Source: Harriotta raleighana | Taxonomy: Eukaryota | Assembly: GCA_050575255.1 (NCBI GenBank) | Contig: JBNZDD010013730.1 | Span: 2,559,907 to 2,623,906, forward strand | Direction of reading: 5' to 3' | Length of the DNA stretch: 64,000 nt | In this document: in pieces, positions 26,701 through 37,436 of the stretch | How the letters are laid out: each line of letters begins with the position of its first letter | Position numbering within the stretch: the first letter of the stretch is position 1 | Notes under the pieces: model-generated | Told to the model about the DNA's origin: nothing | The model's input: the letters and a program-made list of their open reading frames with translations, nothing else | Databases searched by the model: none | Program-made: the position numbers and the translations under genes

Positions 26701-29700
26701 TGATTTACCATTTGGAAGACAAGTTGGTAATTGGTCAAACAAAAATTCCTGCTACAGGAGAATTTACAGTGCAATTACCAACACACTTGAAACTAAACCA
26801 GTAAAAAAAAGTCTGAGCTCACTTATTGCTGAGTAGTTTAATGTTCACAAAAAAGGACAGTATCCAAATTACATTTTGACAACATAGTATTCTGGTGTGT
26901 AATGTACGACTGTACTGAGTAGTCATATTTTACCAGAAAAATAACAATCTCTTAATTTTTTTATAGGGTATCTATCGTGTGAATGGAGCAAAATCAAGAG
27001 TTGAAAAGCTGTGCCAGGCTTTTGAAAATGGGAAGGATTTGGTAGAACTCTCCGATTTATACGCTCATGATATCAGCAATGTACTCAAACTATATCTCCG
27101 CCAGGTATTCAAATGCAAGATTCCATGAAACATAAATTAATATTTGATTTTTATTGTTGTAAAACCTCAATAATCTGACATTCTGAAATTCGCCAACTCC
27201 CTAAAACCGGCAAGATTTCAAAATCCATACGGCATAAAAAAAATTCCTGTGTCCAGCAAATTTCCCCCAAATTCTGCCATTACAATGAATTCATTGGCCT
27301 GGCCAAGGAAACACAGCCTGGCTCAATAAGAGCAATGCTGGTGATGAAGATAATGGGAAACCAAACAGTCCAACTTCAGGAAAAAGTTGCTTGCAGTTCC
27401 TGCTGGTGCTGCCGCTCTGTCATACGGTGATGGAGGTCGAGCATTTTTTGGCTTCAGTGCTGAGTTTACAGGTCACTTTATGTATGGAACAGGGCTTCCC
27501 AAGCCATTTCTAGGGTAGATTTTAAATAACTGCAATCTCCTAAATTTGGGAGGTGAGTGGGCTCAACCGTGCCGGATTATCGAAATTTTACTGTACTGAA
27601 ATGTAACCCTTTTTTGTCTGTCCTCTTGCAAGCTGCCAGAACCATTGATATCATTCCGCCTTTACAATGAATTCATTGGCCTGGCCAAGGAAAGACACAG
27701 TGTTAGTGATGAAGCTAATGGGAAACCAAACAGTCCAACTTCAGAAAAAAGCTGTTCAACTAACGTCATCAGAATCATTTTCAAAGTGAAAGATTTACTT
27801 CGGCAACTGCCACGGATCAACTACAAGACTCTGCAATATCTCATAGATCATCTTCACAAGTAAGTAAGGAAGCAAATGGGTATAATATATAAAATAGCAT
27901 TCCTGATTACATGGTTCAATATGGTACAAATTAATTGATTTTTATCTGTTGATCCTGTCTTGTTTCCAGATCCAGGATGGTTTATATGGTACTTCAGTAC
28001 ACGCAAATTCCTACACGCAAGGAATAGGCTGCTCTTCAGACTCTCTAATTTCATCTAATGCACATTGTAAAGATAGAAGATTAGCATCCCTTTTATTGTT
28101 CTTTGCTAATGTGCATTAATAATAGAGAAGCTACCTCAGTGGATTAATATTTACTATAGAATTTAAATACTTTTCGCGTTTTAATACTTAATTTTAAAAT
28201 CTAATTTTGAGGTAATCTTGGGACGTCCTCCTGACGTGAAAGGCGCTTTATAAATGTAATTTTGTTGTTAGTTGTTGTCATAATGTTGCTTTCCAGTGTA
28301 ATACTACTATGCTGTGATCATGTTTTTTTTAAAAAGAACTCCGAAAGTATTTGTCCCTCCAATTTTCCTCTTTCTCTTCCTTTTCCTCTGCTTTCCTCCA
28401 AAAATAACAAATTGGGTAAGATGTGTTTTTCTTTTTTTGCATTGATAGAGTGGCAGAGCAAGCTGAAGAAAATAAAATGTCAGCCAGCAACCTTGGAATT
28501 ATTTTTGGGCCAACTCTTCTCCGACCAAGACAGACCGATGCTACTGTGTCTTTGTCTTCTCTTGTTGATTATCCGTACCAGGCTCAAACAGTGGAACTTC
28601 TCATAACCTACTATGATAACATATTTCTTTCTTCATCAACTCCATCATCTCCTTTACAAAAGGGATGTCCATCAATTGAAGAGAAAGACAAAAATATGGT
28701 ATTTTCACCAGAGGAAGCTTTAAGTGAAAATGAAAGGCTACAATCAACTAGCAAAGTAGTAAGTGTGTCAAACCAAAGGTGGTACTTGTGATACAATTTT
28801 TTTTCTTTTCCATTGATAATGCTGTGAACTATGTTAAAGTAATACATTTTCAAGAATTGATCTAAAAAGAAATTTTAAAAGTCTTGTGACCCAACAAAGC
28901 TGAATTTATTTTATTGAAAAGTGGGAGGTGATTTTATATTGACCCCACCCTCTAAATTATGTGCCCTTCATAAACTAAAAATCATTCTTTATTGTTCATC
29001 TAAACATACAGTAATATATTGTATGTTCACAGATGATTTTACTAGGTTATTATTGATGGGAAAACTAGAGGTGAATGTATTTAGAAGGTGAAAACATTTT
29101 AATTTTCTATTGAGAAGCAATCACATTTCTGAATTACTTTATTCTTCAACATTGGCAGAGCTTTGGGTTGGCTGGAAGTGAGTCTGATTCTCCAGAAATG
29201 GCATCTTCCAGTGATACTTTTGATGTTGTGAAAGATCCCCAATGGAATGGAAAAGAGAGTACATCAGGTTGGTAGTTTTAATTGATCTACATAAATAGTT
29301 GTTTCAAAATAAAGATATTTGCTATCAAAAGCCAACATGCTAACCATCTTAAATTCACATTTTCTTGATTGTTGGCAATGTTAAAATAGTTTTATGTTTT
29401 GAAAATACTTACGCCTTAATACTGTGTTTTCAAAAAGATTCATTAGGTTACAGTAGTTTGATAGTTCCTTTAACATGAGCTTTTCTGTATGATAAACTAC
29501 ATTCCTGTTCTATAACATTTCAGGTGCAGTGGTCACACAGATTTCAGAGAAATCTGTTGGACCTTTGAAGAACTTACAAAGTGCACAAATTTCAGAAGCA
29601 CAGAAGTCAAACAAGTCATCACTAATTAACAAAACGAGTAAATCGCACGTTAAAGTTAATATGCGACCTCCCAGGACAAAGCCATTCATGCCTCGGCCTA

Positions 29701-30425
29701 CAAGCTTACCTGTTTCTGAATCTTTGATTTGTTACTCAAATGACAAAAATTCAAAAGGGCAGTGTAACACAGACACCATTGAAAGGAGTCCTATTATTGA
29801 GGAAGCCTCTGAATCAAAAGGTCATACAAACACGTGTTGTAGACATTCATACTACGATGTTCAGCCAATGCGTAGGACATGGGATAAGCTCTATAAATTT
29901 TATGACATAACTCAAAAGACAGCTATGATTATGGCAAATGTTCCTCCAGAAAACAAAACCAGTGACCTTCCTTTCTCACCAGCCTTAGCCTATACTTCTG
30001 GCAATGCCTTTGGAAGCAGTTTGCTTCCTAATAAGCTATCTACAGTTCCTGGTAGGCCTGGAAGGACCACAAAGACTGATGGGAACCCATCTGAGACTGC
30101 CTCTGTTTCTGCATTCCGTGCTCCAAGAACCTTGCAGCCTCCACCTGGCACTTTTTACAAACCTCCTGCCATCAAGCACAGTATAGGCTCTTTGCCTAAA
30201 CCTCAAGCAAAATTAGACAATAGCTTTATGTCTGTACAAAATAATATTGGGACAGTAATTCCTGTAAAGGAAAATGAAAAGTGCAGCAACGTGGATGAGG
30301 AAATTGAAACTACACAAAATACAGCACAAGAAGCGGTTGAAGCAAATCACAAGCAAACATTTCAAAGAGTGCGATCAAAACGAATTCCACCAGAATTTGA
30401 ACACCGAGAAGCACATTTTGTGTAG
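5516..30425 (+). CDS. ARHGAP29: ARHGAP29 (Rho GTPase-activating protein 29 / PARG1), whole CDS span, 22 coding exons, about 1328 aa
   Basis: Spliced frame is continuous across GT-AG exons; F-BAR region (IESALIYTKNWSKYTKD), C1 domain (HKLRKLRAPSKCRECD...CHKKC), RhoGAP (GIYRVNG, NKMSASNLGIIFGPTL), C-terminal EAHFV. Confidence 0.95.
6030..6232 (+). mobile_element. 5'-truncated tRNA-derived SINE copy
   Basis: Family body GGGACACTGCTGTGTGCAATTGGCTG and tail ...TGCAAGGATTATTATT. Confidence 0.75.
7172..7435 (+). mobile_element. tRNA-derived SINE (Deu-like body)
   Basis: Head GGAGTCCTGTAGCTCATTGGTTAGAGCACTCGC with A/B-box-like motifs; family body and tail. Confidence 0.8.
7561..7910 (-). mobile_element. 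Older Deu-type SINE fragment (related copies about 8255-8530, 10870-11056, 21165-21440)
   Basis: Shared degenerate motif GGTTTAACATCTCAT...CAGCACTGCA(T/C)TGGAGT(G)TCA recurring in the window. Confidence 0.55.
12655..13265 (+). mobile_element. L2-type LINE 3' fragment
   Basis: L2 ORF2-terminal motifs (CTTGACTAC, CTCCACTGGCTCCCC, GAATTTAAGATTCT) and tail GGGATGTCCTTCCGACGTGAAAGGTGCTATA. Confidence 0.8.
13906..14220 (-). mobile_element. Near full-length tRNA-derived SINE
   Basis: Reverse complement of the family consensus from the (ATT)n tail to the tRNA-like head. Confidence 0.85.
14404..14547 (+). CDS. ARHGAP29: ARHGAP29 coding exon 2 (VAHERLGELLRVLKAVISKHQSLNSVDIL)
   Basis: tttcag acceptor, gtaag donor, frame continuous. 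Confidence 0.9.
17154..17247 (+). CDS. ARHGAP29: ARHGAP29 coding exon 3 (IFASIDTLAFTFGNV)
   Basis: ttcag acceptor, gtaag donor, frame continuous. Confidence 0.9.
17648..17880 (+). mobile_element. 3' half of SINE followed by a second L2-like tail
   Basis: Family body and tail, then CGTCCTCCCAACGTGAAAGCAGCTCTATAAATG. Confidence 0.75.
18157..18229 (+). CDS. ARHGAP29: ARHGAP29 coding exon 4 (ISNFLMGDMD)
   Basis: ttacag acceptor, gtagg donor, frame continuous. Confidence 0.88.
18387..18453 (+). CDS. ARHGAP29: ARHGAP29 coding exon 5 (SFENLSLGSGG)
   Basis: tgcaag acceptor, gtaca donor, SFEN motif, frame continuous. Confidence 0.8.
19462..19599 (+). CDS. ARHGAP29: ARHGAP29 coding exon 6 (start of F-BAR)
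   Basis: LLKIDSGIESALIYTKNWSKYTKDVLAWLEKRL; AG/GT bounded. Confidence 0.92.
19901..19965 (+). CDS. ARHGAP29: ARHGAP29 coding exon 7
   Basis: VEYARSFSKLADSAK; AG/GT bounded, frame continuous. Confidence 0.88.
20391..20501 (+). CDS. ARHGAP29: ARHGAP29 coding exon 8
   Basis: EHMPFQSVY...LQTNKFIQ; aacag acceptor, gtgag donor. Confidence 0.9.
20902..20982 (+). CDS. ARHGAP29: ARHGAP29 coding exon 9
   Basis: PLVLRRNELDKQRKEIKEQWQREQRKM; AG/GT bounded. Confidence 0.9.
21503..21688 (+). CDS. ARHGAP29: ARHGAP29 coding exon 10
   Basis: QEADSTLRKAKL...EKKRKLEEEALQK; tandem CAGCAG acceptor makes the start uncertain by 3 nt. Confidence 0.88.
22124..22261 (+). CDS. ARHGAP29: ARHGAP29 coding exon 11
   Basis: AEEAGEHYK...LRELVYQCDLTLKS; AG/GT bounded. 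Confidence 0.92.
22437..22627 (+). CDS. ARHGAP29: ARHGAP29 coding exon 12
   Basis: VTVNLFQMQ...KLYEPGQQYSEFVK; AG/GT bounded. Confidence 0.9.
22998..23167 (+). CDS. ARHGAP29: ARHGAP29 coding exon 13
   Basis: Ser-rich linker ending EKRSNSSSDIQ; AG/GT bounded, frame continuous. Confidence 0.82.
24056..24184 (+). CDS. ARHGAP29: ARHGAP29 coding exon 14
   Basis: GMCSDSESAGGSSESRSMDSPSASP; AG/GT bounded. Confidence 0.9.
24440..24538 (+). CDS. ARHGAP29: ARHGAP29 coding exon 15
   Basis: GDFKRRLPRTPSTGTMSSADDLDEREPPSP; AG/GT bounded. Confidence 0.92.
24898..25061 (+). CDS. ARHGAP29: ARHGAP29 coding exon 16 (C1 domain start)
   Basis: GPFRNTVMSKAAQTHKLRKLRAPSKCRECDS...ECEE; AG/GT bounded. Confidence 0.93.
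25590..25852 (-). mobile_element. tRNA-derived SINE
   Basis: Reverse complement of the family consensus with internal deletions. Confidence 0.8.
26239..26427 (+). CDS. ARHGAP29: ARHGAP29 coding exon 17 (C1 end, RhoGAP start)
   Basis: CTLACHKKCLETLAIQCGHKKL...LFGVDF...IPFIIKKCTSEIE; AG/GT bounded. Confidence 0.93.
26967..27104 (+). CDS. ARHGAP29: ARHGAP29 coding exon 18 (RhoGAP arginine finger)
   Basis: GIYRVNGAKSRVEKLCQAFENG...HDISNVLKLYLRQ; AG/GT bounded. Confidence 0.95.
27155..27595. mobile_element. Non-autonomous TIR DNA element (Tigger/pogo-like MITE) containing a copy of part of the adjacent exon
   Basis: Left end GTAAAACCTCAATAATCTGACA matches the reverse complement of right end GTGCCGGATTATCGAAATTTTACTG followed by TA; a CAGT-initial TIR with a TA flank is typical of Tc1/mariner/pogo. 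Confidence 0.6.
27633..27859 (+). CDS. ARHGAP29: ARHGAP29 coding exon 19 (RhoGAP)
   Basis: LPEPLISFRLYNEFIGLAKE...LLRQLPRINYKTLQYLIDHLH; tgcaag acceptor, gtaag donor. Confidence 0.92.
28449..28758 (+). CDS. ARHGAP29: ARHGAP29 coding exon 20 (RhoGAP end)
   Basis: VAEQAEENKMSASNLGIIFGPTLLRPR; donor gtaagt at 28759. Confidence 0.9.
29159..29267 (+). CDS. ARHGAP29: ARHGAP29 coding exon 21
   Basis: 109-nt open exon, ggcag acceptor, gttgg donor; phases match both neighbours. Confidence 0.75.
29524..30425 (+). CDS. ARHGAP29: ARHGAP29 last coding exon
   Basis: tttcag acceptor; long ORF with RPTSLP and RAPRTLQPPPGTFYKPP motifs, ends HREAHFV-TAG. Confidence 0.92.
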
Positions 30426-31907
30426 CAGCAATTTATCTGAACCTTAGAGAAGTGTAACTGACTGTTTAGTATCCCAAGTTCGTGGTTTAATACAATTATA
30501 AAGTTTTATTTTTCTATGAGGAAAGAGTGCCATAACAAATACAATGGAAATGCAAAACCCTTATAGAAGTAGAACAGTGTCTGCATATCTACACCGTAAA
30601 GGTGGAGCTTGAAGTAAATTAGTTCAAATTATCTCAAGCGGATACATTTTTTTTATATTTTAGAGTTTATTAGTAAAAGACAGGGAGTTGGATTAGACTC
30701 TGATACAATTTTATATTAATTTCCAATAAATTGCTATATATATATCCTGATGTAATGAACATTTTGAGAATTTTTTTTACTTTGTAGGGTGGGGTAATTG
30801 CATTATCTCAAAGCTTTTGTGGCTGTAGTTTTTTTTAACACTTCTAGAAATAAAGCTTTAGTGGGAGAAACATTATTGGCTGCATAACCTCAGTTGCCAT
30901 TCTTAGTTCTGCAATCAAAGCTTGCTGTATCAGTCTTCAAACCTGCATAAGTGCTACAAGGCATTGCTGTTGCATAAAACCATGACAATTATTCCTATTA
31001 ATGTTGTTTCGTCCCATGTTTTCAAGCCAAGGTGAGTTTTTAAAGGCCTTTTTGTAGCCTTTATTTGTTATTTTTATATTATGGTCAGTGACCAAAATGA
31101 TGCACATATTAAGGTTTCCATCTCTTAAAATGTGAATTAGAAATTCATCGCCTTTAATATGTGCATCTGTTGATTATTTATGTTTTGTTACATGTATGCA
31201 TTTCTTACATTATTTTGTACACAAGATACACTAAAATATGTTAAAGCAAATATATTAATTCTTATACGTCAATTAAAGTGAGTTCAAAAACTTCTTAATC
31301 TTTGCAAAACGTTCTTATGTAATTTATTAAAGTTTAGGTTATATTTGTTCACATGTATATATAAAATATATATTATATATATTCCATACAAGTGAATGAT
31401 TACTATCCAAATATGAATAATTATGTACTCTTTCGTGTTTTTGTACTGGTAATTCTTTTCATTGAATTACTTCACCCATGGAATTTCCTGACTAAGGTAT
31501 AACTGAACAATGAGCGACATCAGTATTTGTTATAACTGTTAAGTATTTGTTAGTTTGGCTATTTACATCTCTGTTGCACATTTATAGGAAGTTTCACCAA
31601 TGCCACTGTTCATTTTTCTTTTTTAATCCACTGTTTAATTGATGAAGGTGTTGAATGAAAGAACAGTAAAAACATGGTTTGGTTGACCTTGTTTATTCTA
31701 TAACCTTTTACACTTTTAGTGAGTGTAAACTGTATAATATTGTTTGTATTTAGGAAGTGCTTTTGGAGAAGCAAATGTCGCTAATGCTCACTGTTAAGAT
31801 CTAGTTGTCCTGCGTTCTACTGTTATCCTATTGTATCCAACAGTTATCTTACAGAATTGCCAAAATTGATATTTTGAACCGTTGCCTTTTGTATGGCACT
31901 AAATTGT

Positions 31908-31913
31908 AATAAA
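31908..31913 (+). terminator. Candidate ARHGAP29 polyadenylation signal (AATAAA)
   Basis: AATAAA about 1.5 kb after the stop, followed by T/GT-rich sequence; earlier AATAAA hexamers at 30725 and 30849 are alternatives. Confidence 0.45.
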
Positions 31914-33310
31914 TATTGTACATTTTATTCCTTGAAACTTGTGATTTTATAACAGTTGAGAAAGCAATACTCGGTTCCTACTTAACTGCTGTGTCTTTAT
32001 TTCCGGAGTGCACTTGCATCACCTATATAATAGCATGAAAAGTCCAAACGTTTTAAAGGAAAATTAAACCAAGCTATATATTGAACGTGCTTGATTTGCA
32101 CATTCCATTCGCAGTAAAATTATTGCTCTGTAACTCATCGCCAGCTTTTGAATTAATTTTTTTTTCTTGCCAATTTTTCAGACAAATTGATGCAAATGCG
32201 AATCTGAAAATCTTAAAATAAATAATATATTAAAAAGTAACCTGGGAATTGAAAAAGAGCACTAACTTTTTTTTAAAAAGTGCTATCCTATCAACAAACT
32301 GAATCTAGTTAGGAGATTAATAGTTTACTTTTCAGGGATGCACATTATCTTAAAATGCATCATAACATTCTGCACTAGATATAGTTTAATGCTGCCTCAT
32401 TCAGGTTTGAATCAATTGTGATTTGTTCAATTTTTTTTTATAGTGTTAATTTTTAGTTGATTAAAATAACAGATGTTTGAATATGGCATTATTGTGGAAG
32501 ATTGATTCAAAGGGTCTTTTCATCTGACTGTATCCAGTAATGAGATTCCAATTCAACATTTATGGAATACTTGGGGTGCCAGTCGAAGTGGGGTGGGTGG
32601 GGGGAAGGTTTCCTTTAAAATCCAAATTTAGTTTGGGTATCAAATGTTCTAGATCCGATAGTTAGGGGAATAAAGCCAGCAACTTCAGTTTATATTCTCT
32701 TGATTATTACAACAGGATCACGGTAGGCACAGAAGATGGGGAATCAGGAAGCATACAGTATATGAAACAGAGCATTTAGAAGTAGAGGGGGAAATGTAAT
32801 TTTTTTAAAAAAAAACTTGGATGTAATCCCAGTAATGACGCTGAAAACAATTTCAGATATGAGCCCATGGCACCTACTGAGGGTCAACAAACAAACACTG
32901 TGTGTAGGAATGAAAACCCTTGCTGAGACAACTGGGACAGAGTGAAACAGGATAATGTGAGGCCTGCATGGGGAGATCAGTGCAGAAAGCAGCAACAGAG
33001 TCTTGAACGTATTGCAAAACCAGAAAAGAAACTATGTTGGCCATAATACTGCAGGCTTTGTGAGAGATTCACAGCAGTGAGCTGGTGACACAGGCATGGT
33101 AATACAGATGAAGCTAACCAATGAATTGGGCTTCTTTGATTAGTTGCTGCCCTCAGGAATTCACTGGTTAGCTTTTAAATTAGATATGGTAGGAGAAAAG
33201 AGATAAGATTAGCTATTAAAACTGAAACTCAAACTATATTGTGACCCAAGATTACATTTAAACACTTAAACGCAATACTAAAATACCTGTTGCATAGGTA
33301 AAACTTAATG

Positions 33311-33610
33311 TGGAGTCCGGTAGCTCAGTGGATAGAGCACTCGCCTTACAACCTGTGTTTGAATCCAGGCAGGTCAGGGCGAAACCTTGGGCAAGTATCC
33401 TTACTCCACACACCTAATAATAATCCCTCAAAAAAATACAATAATGAAAATTGGTCATTTCAATCCACAACTGTTTGTGGGACTCGGTGTGTAATTGGCT
33501 GCCGCGTTTTGCCCACAAATATAGTCAATTCACTACAGTATATTCTGAAGTGCCTTGATGTCTAGAAGATGTGAAAAACACTATTATCAAATACAAGGGT
33601 TATTATTAAT
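33311..33610 (+). mobile_element. tRNA-derived SINE
   Basis: Head GGAGTCCGGTAGCTCAGTGGATAGAGCAC, family body and tail. Confidence 0.85.
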
Positions 33611-33875
33611 GATAAAACCTTTAGGTTTAAAAAAAACCTAGAGCACACTGATAATCACGCAGTTTACACTTGTGTAAATATCCTCAATTCTTGTATTTAC
33701 ATGGTTGTGATTTAGTTCCTCTGCTCTCCTTGCTTGAATTGATATATGGGATAGATCACACGTACTGTGGACAACTACTACGTGACAGGTGCTATAATAC
33801 AAGTTGTTCAATGAGAGCCATTGTAGGGTGATTGCAATGAGAGTCGTGAGGCTACTACATTCGCCACTACATCCA

Positions 33876-34192
33876 TAATAATATTCTTTGCATTTGATGT
33901 GCTTTTCACATCTTATCGACGTCTCAAAGAACTTGACAGAATATACTGTAAAGTGAATTGACTATATATTTGTGGGCGAAACGTGGCAGCCCTTTGCGCA
34001 CAGCAGTGTTCCACAAACAGTCGTGGATTGAAATGAACAATTTTTATGATTGTGGGGGTTTTTTTTGACAGATTATTATTAGGTGTGTGGAGTAAGGAAA
34101 CTTCCCCAAGGTTTCACCATGATCTGACTGGATTCGAACATGGTCATAAGTTTGTAAGGCAAGTGCTCTAAACACTGAGCTACAGGAGCTCC
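33876..34192 (-). mobile_element. tRNA-derived SINE (inverted relative to the 33311 copy)
   Basis: Reverse complement of the family consensus. Confidence 0.85.
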
Positions 34193-35130
34193 CTAAGTGG
34201 ATTGCAAATTAGATGCCCTTATGTTCCATTTTATATCCTTCCAAAGCTCCTTAACCTGGTTCAGTCTATCTCAGTGTAAGATAATTTTCAGTGGGCACTA
34301 TACCGAGACAAATAAAATCTTTGTAGTCGTACTTTTCAACAGTGGCTTCTATTTACATGATGTAGTATTGAAAAGACGATCTAAATTTCCCTACATTAAG
34401 TAATTTAAGACAAAATAAAATATTTTGCAGTTTTTAAAATTTGTTCAAAAATATTTTTATTTAGCACCTATACACAGAACAGGTTGAAAAGACCAGGTTG
34501 CCTTTTTTTTGTAGGATTTCCTTTTGTTCTTGCTTTTTACGTCATGGTTTTTCATCACAACTGTAGATATTTGGTTTTGTGTTGTCAATCCTAATATAAT
34601 GCGAAAACTGAGGTTTACGCAGTGCTATTTTGAATTGGGTTTTTTCCTGCTATTCATGATTTTTTCAAATTTTACAACGCAAGTGCTGGATATGTGTCAA
34701 AATATGAAACATCTTATCAAAAATAAATGTTTTTAATTAAGTCCAAAATGTTACAATCAAGTAGGAACATATTATTTTGGTAGGTATGCAAATGTTATTT
34801 CTATGTCCCATTTGTACTGCTGCTGAAATTATTTCGAGAGTTTTATTGCTTCATATCTAATTGGACTAATTAACAACGACAGCTTCCAAATGATTGGCTA
34901 CAATTTATAAGTACGTATCATGTAAATGCTCACTGACATACAGGTCATGTATTAACAAAACTTCAGACTAGCAATTGATTGAATGTCTTCTTTCAAAAAT
35001 GATTACACTCAAAAGAAAACCTGAAAAACAATGCAACTTGTATTGAAAATATTATTCTGTTCCATGAAATTCAATTTACTTTAACTTGTTTTTACAAATG
35101 TTGCTTGGCGAGAGAGTTCCATCTTGAGAT

Positions 35131-35281
35131 GGGGATTAACCCAATCAGATTACAGTTGAGCTGTGTAGTTTGAAGCAGCTCTTTCTGTGGTACGCATCAC
35201 TAGAAGCTTGCTTGGAAATGTATTGTCATACGAGCTTGATTTCCTTGGATGTGGCTTTCAAATGGCACTTTTCAGTTTAAG
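35131..35281 (+). promoter_or_regulatory. Candidate ABCA4 promoter and non-coding first exon
   Basis: GGATTA (35133) and AGATTA (35147) K50 homeodomain motifs around CCAAT (35141); strong donor AAG|GTAAGT at 35281/35282. Confidence 0.4.
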
Positions 35282-37436
35282 GTAAGTTGTTGTACGTGTT
35301 TCTTTACATTTTACACAGAATTCGTGCCTTGTATGACCTACTTCTCTACTTGTTTATCCTTAGATTCTTGATAATCTGAAGCAGGCCTTACTGTCTAACC
35401 CAAATCACTGTCGCTAAATCCCTGCTTAATTGCCATTGGAATGCAAGAAACATTTCTGTAGAAATATACAACAACAACAAACAACAAAAATTACACTTAT
35501 AGAGCGCGTTTCATGTCAGGAGGACGTCCCAAGGCGCTGGACAGATTGGTTCAGGACCCGAGCAAGGGAAAATGTTCAGGGCGAGGGGGGGGAAGGGTGG
35601 GAGCAAGGAGGGGGTAAAGACTCGAGAGGGGCGTTGAAGGCACGGTCAAAGAGAATACACGAATAAATTCCCTTTTAGACCTTTGGCAGTTTTCTTAAGG
35701 AGCATGTTAAACCTTAGTCTGATGAAAAAATAAAGTACGAGTGAAATGGATTCACACTTGAAATATTAGAAGAGGAGCAGACTTAGTCAACGTACATAAA
35801 CAACAACGGTATTTCCCTAAATTCTGGGAATATGTACGAGGGAATGTAGAATATTTCAGAAGCAAAACAAACTTAAAAGGAACTTGAACAGAAAGTAATT
35901 TCCTGATTGAAGGATATCACCCGAGATGTAAATCAGAATGTTTTGTAACAGAGACACCCAACAGATTGTACACCGAGAGTGGTTGAGAATGGTGGGTTGG
36001 CCTGTCGCATTCAAGATTGTGAAAAATGTTTTGAGTTGAGAACATTTGTACTGAAACTAATAGTTGTAATAGTTGCACATGTTTTCAAAACGGTCTGTTT
36101 CTCAACTGTAGATAAAATTGCAATCTAAAGCTGATCAGATTTAGCTGTGAATGTAGACTGCATATGCATTTTATTATTGTTTCAAAATTGCTGTTGCAAA
36201 CTACAATTCTGGAAGATCTAGAATCGACCTTGATTTGAATCCCATTTTGTTATTTTTTATACACAGTATGAGGTGTATGGTGTTGATATGGTCAATTCTG
36301 AGTTTTGGGGCTCAGTATTAAAGGATTTTACTTGGAGATTTAGAAATATTTAATTATCTGATTCAGGTGGAGAAAGTCCAGACAGGTGTGAAATCTCAGA
36401 TCACTTTTACTGCTGCTAAGATTGAAAATCATTTTTGTTGCTATTAAAATTCTAGTGTGTAAGGTGCACAATTCACAAATTGTGATGATGGAACTGTTTC
36501 ATATGAATCTATTGGTTTGCTATTATTGCTGCTGGCTTCCAGTCTTATTAAGACTAGTATGAACCAGAGTTTGTCATTCAGCATTCTACAGGTCAGCAAA
36601 ACAAAATCCCTCCCCATCATAAATAATTTGTTCTAATTGGATTAAATATCTGTAGAGAACAGCAACAAAAAAACTAATGCACCAGCTTTATAAGTACTTA
36701 GGTGTATGTACATAAGAGTATTGGTAATCCATTTCTATTCTGAATNAATGCACCAGCTTTATAAGTACTTAGGTGTATGTACATAAGAGTATTGGTCTGG
36801 AAATAATCCATTTCTATTCTGAAANTTAGGTGTATGTACATAAGAGTATTGGTAATCCATTTCTATTCTGAATCCATTAATGAGGTTTAGATAACCCTGC
36901 GTAAGATGTGAAAACATGTTTAATATTTATGATTTGCTAAATATTACTTTCCTTTTTTAATGGAACATCGTACAACAGTGCAAATGTAAAATGAACATCT
37001 TAAATTTGGATGAGTGGAATTTTTCTAACTAATTTATCATCATAATAATGTTTAACTTGACGGTTAATAAAATAATTACTGTGTAATGAACCTACAAGTT
37101 TTATTGTTTTTTTGCAGAAAAAACATATGCAATAGTAAGACAGTATCCTGATTGCAGGATTTCACCATAAAATATTCGCCATAAAATTAATTAAGTAGAA
37201 TTAAGGAAACGCAATTTCTAAATTAAGTAATACCTGTCTTGATGGTTGTAAATCTCAACCTCAAACAGATGGGTCTTAAAATGGGTTTTAAAAGTTGGTA
37301 CAACAACAACAGAATTAATTTCTAGAGTGTCTTTCACGTCAGGAGGACGTCCCAAGATGCTTTAGAGAGGATCGTGGCAGATAGAATTCACTCTCCTATC
37401 GTGAGATAGATCAAGAGGGGACCATTGTTAGCTCAG

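Noticed and set aside
27271-27392. Mutually exclusive alternative exon 19
   Set aside because: The copy is partial, frameshifted relative to the exon, and lacks matching splice sites; better explained as a captured or duplicated fragment.
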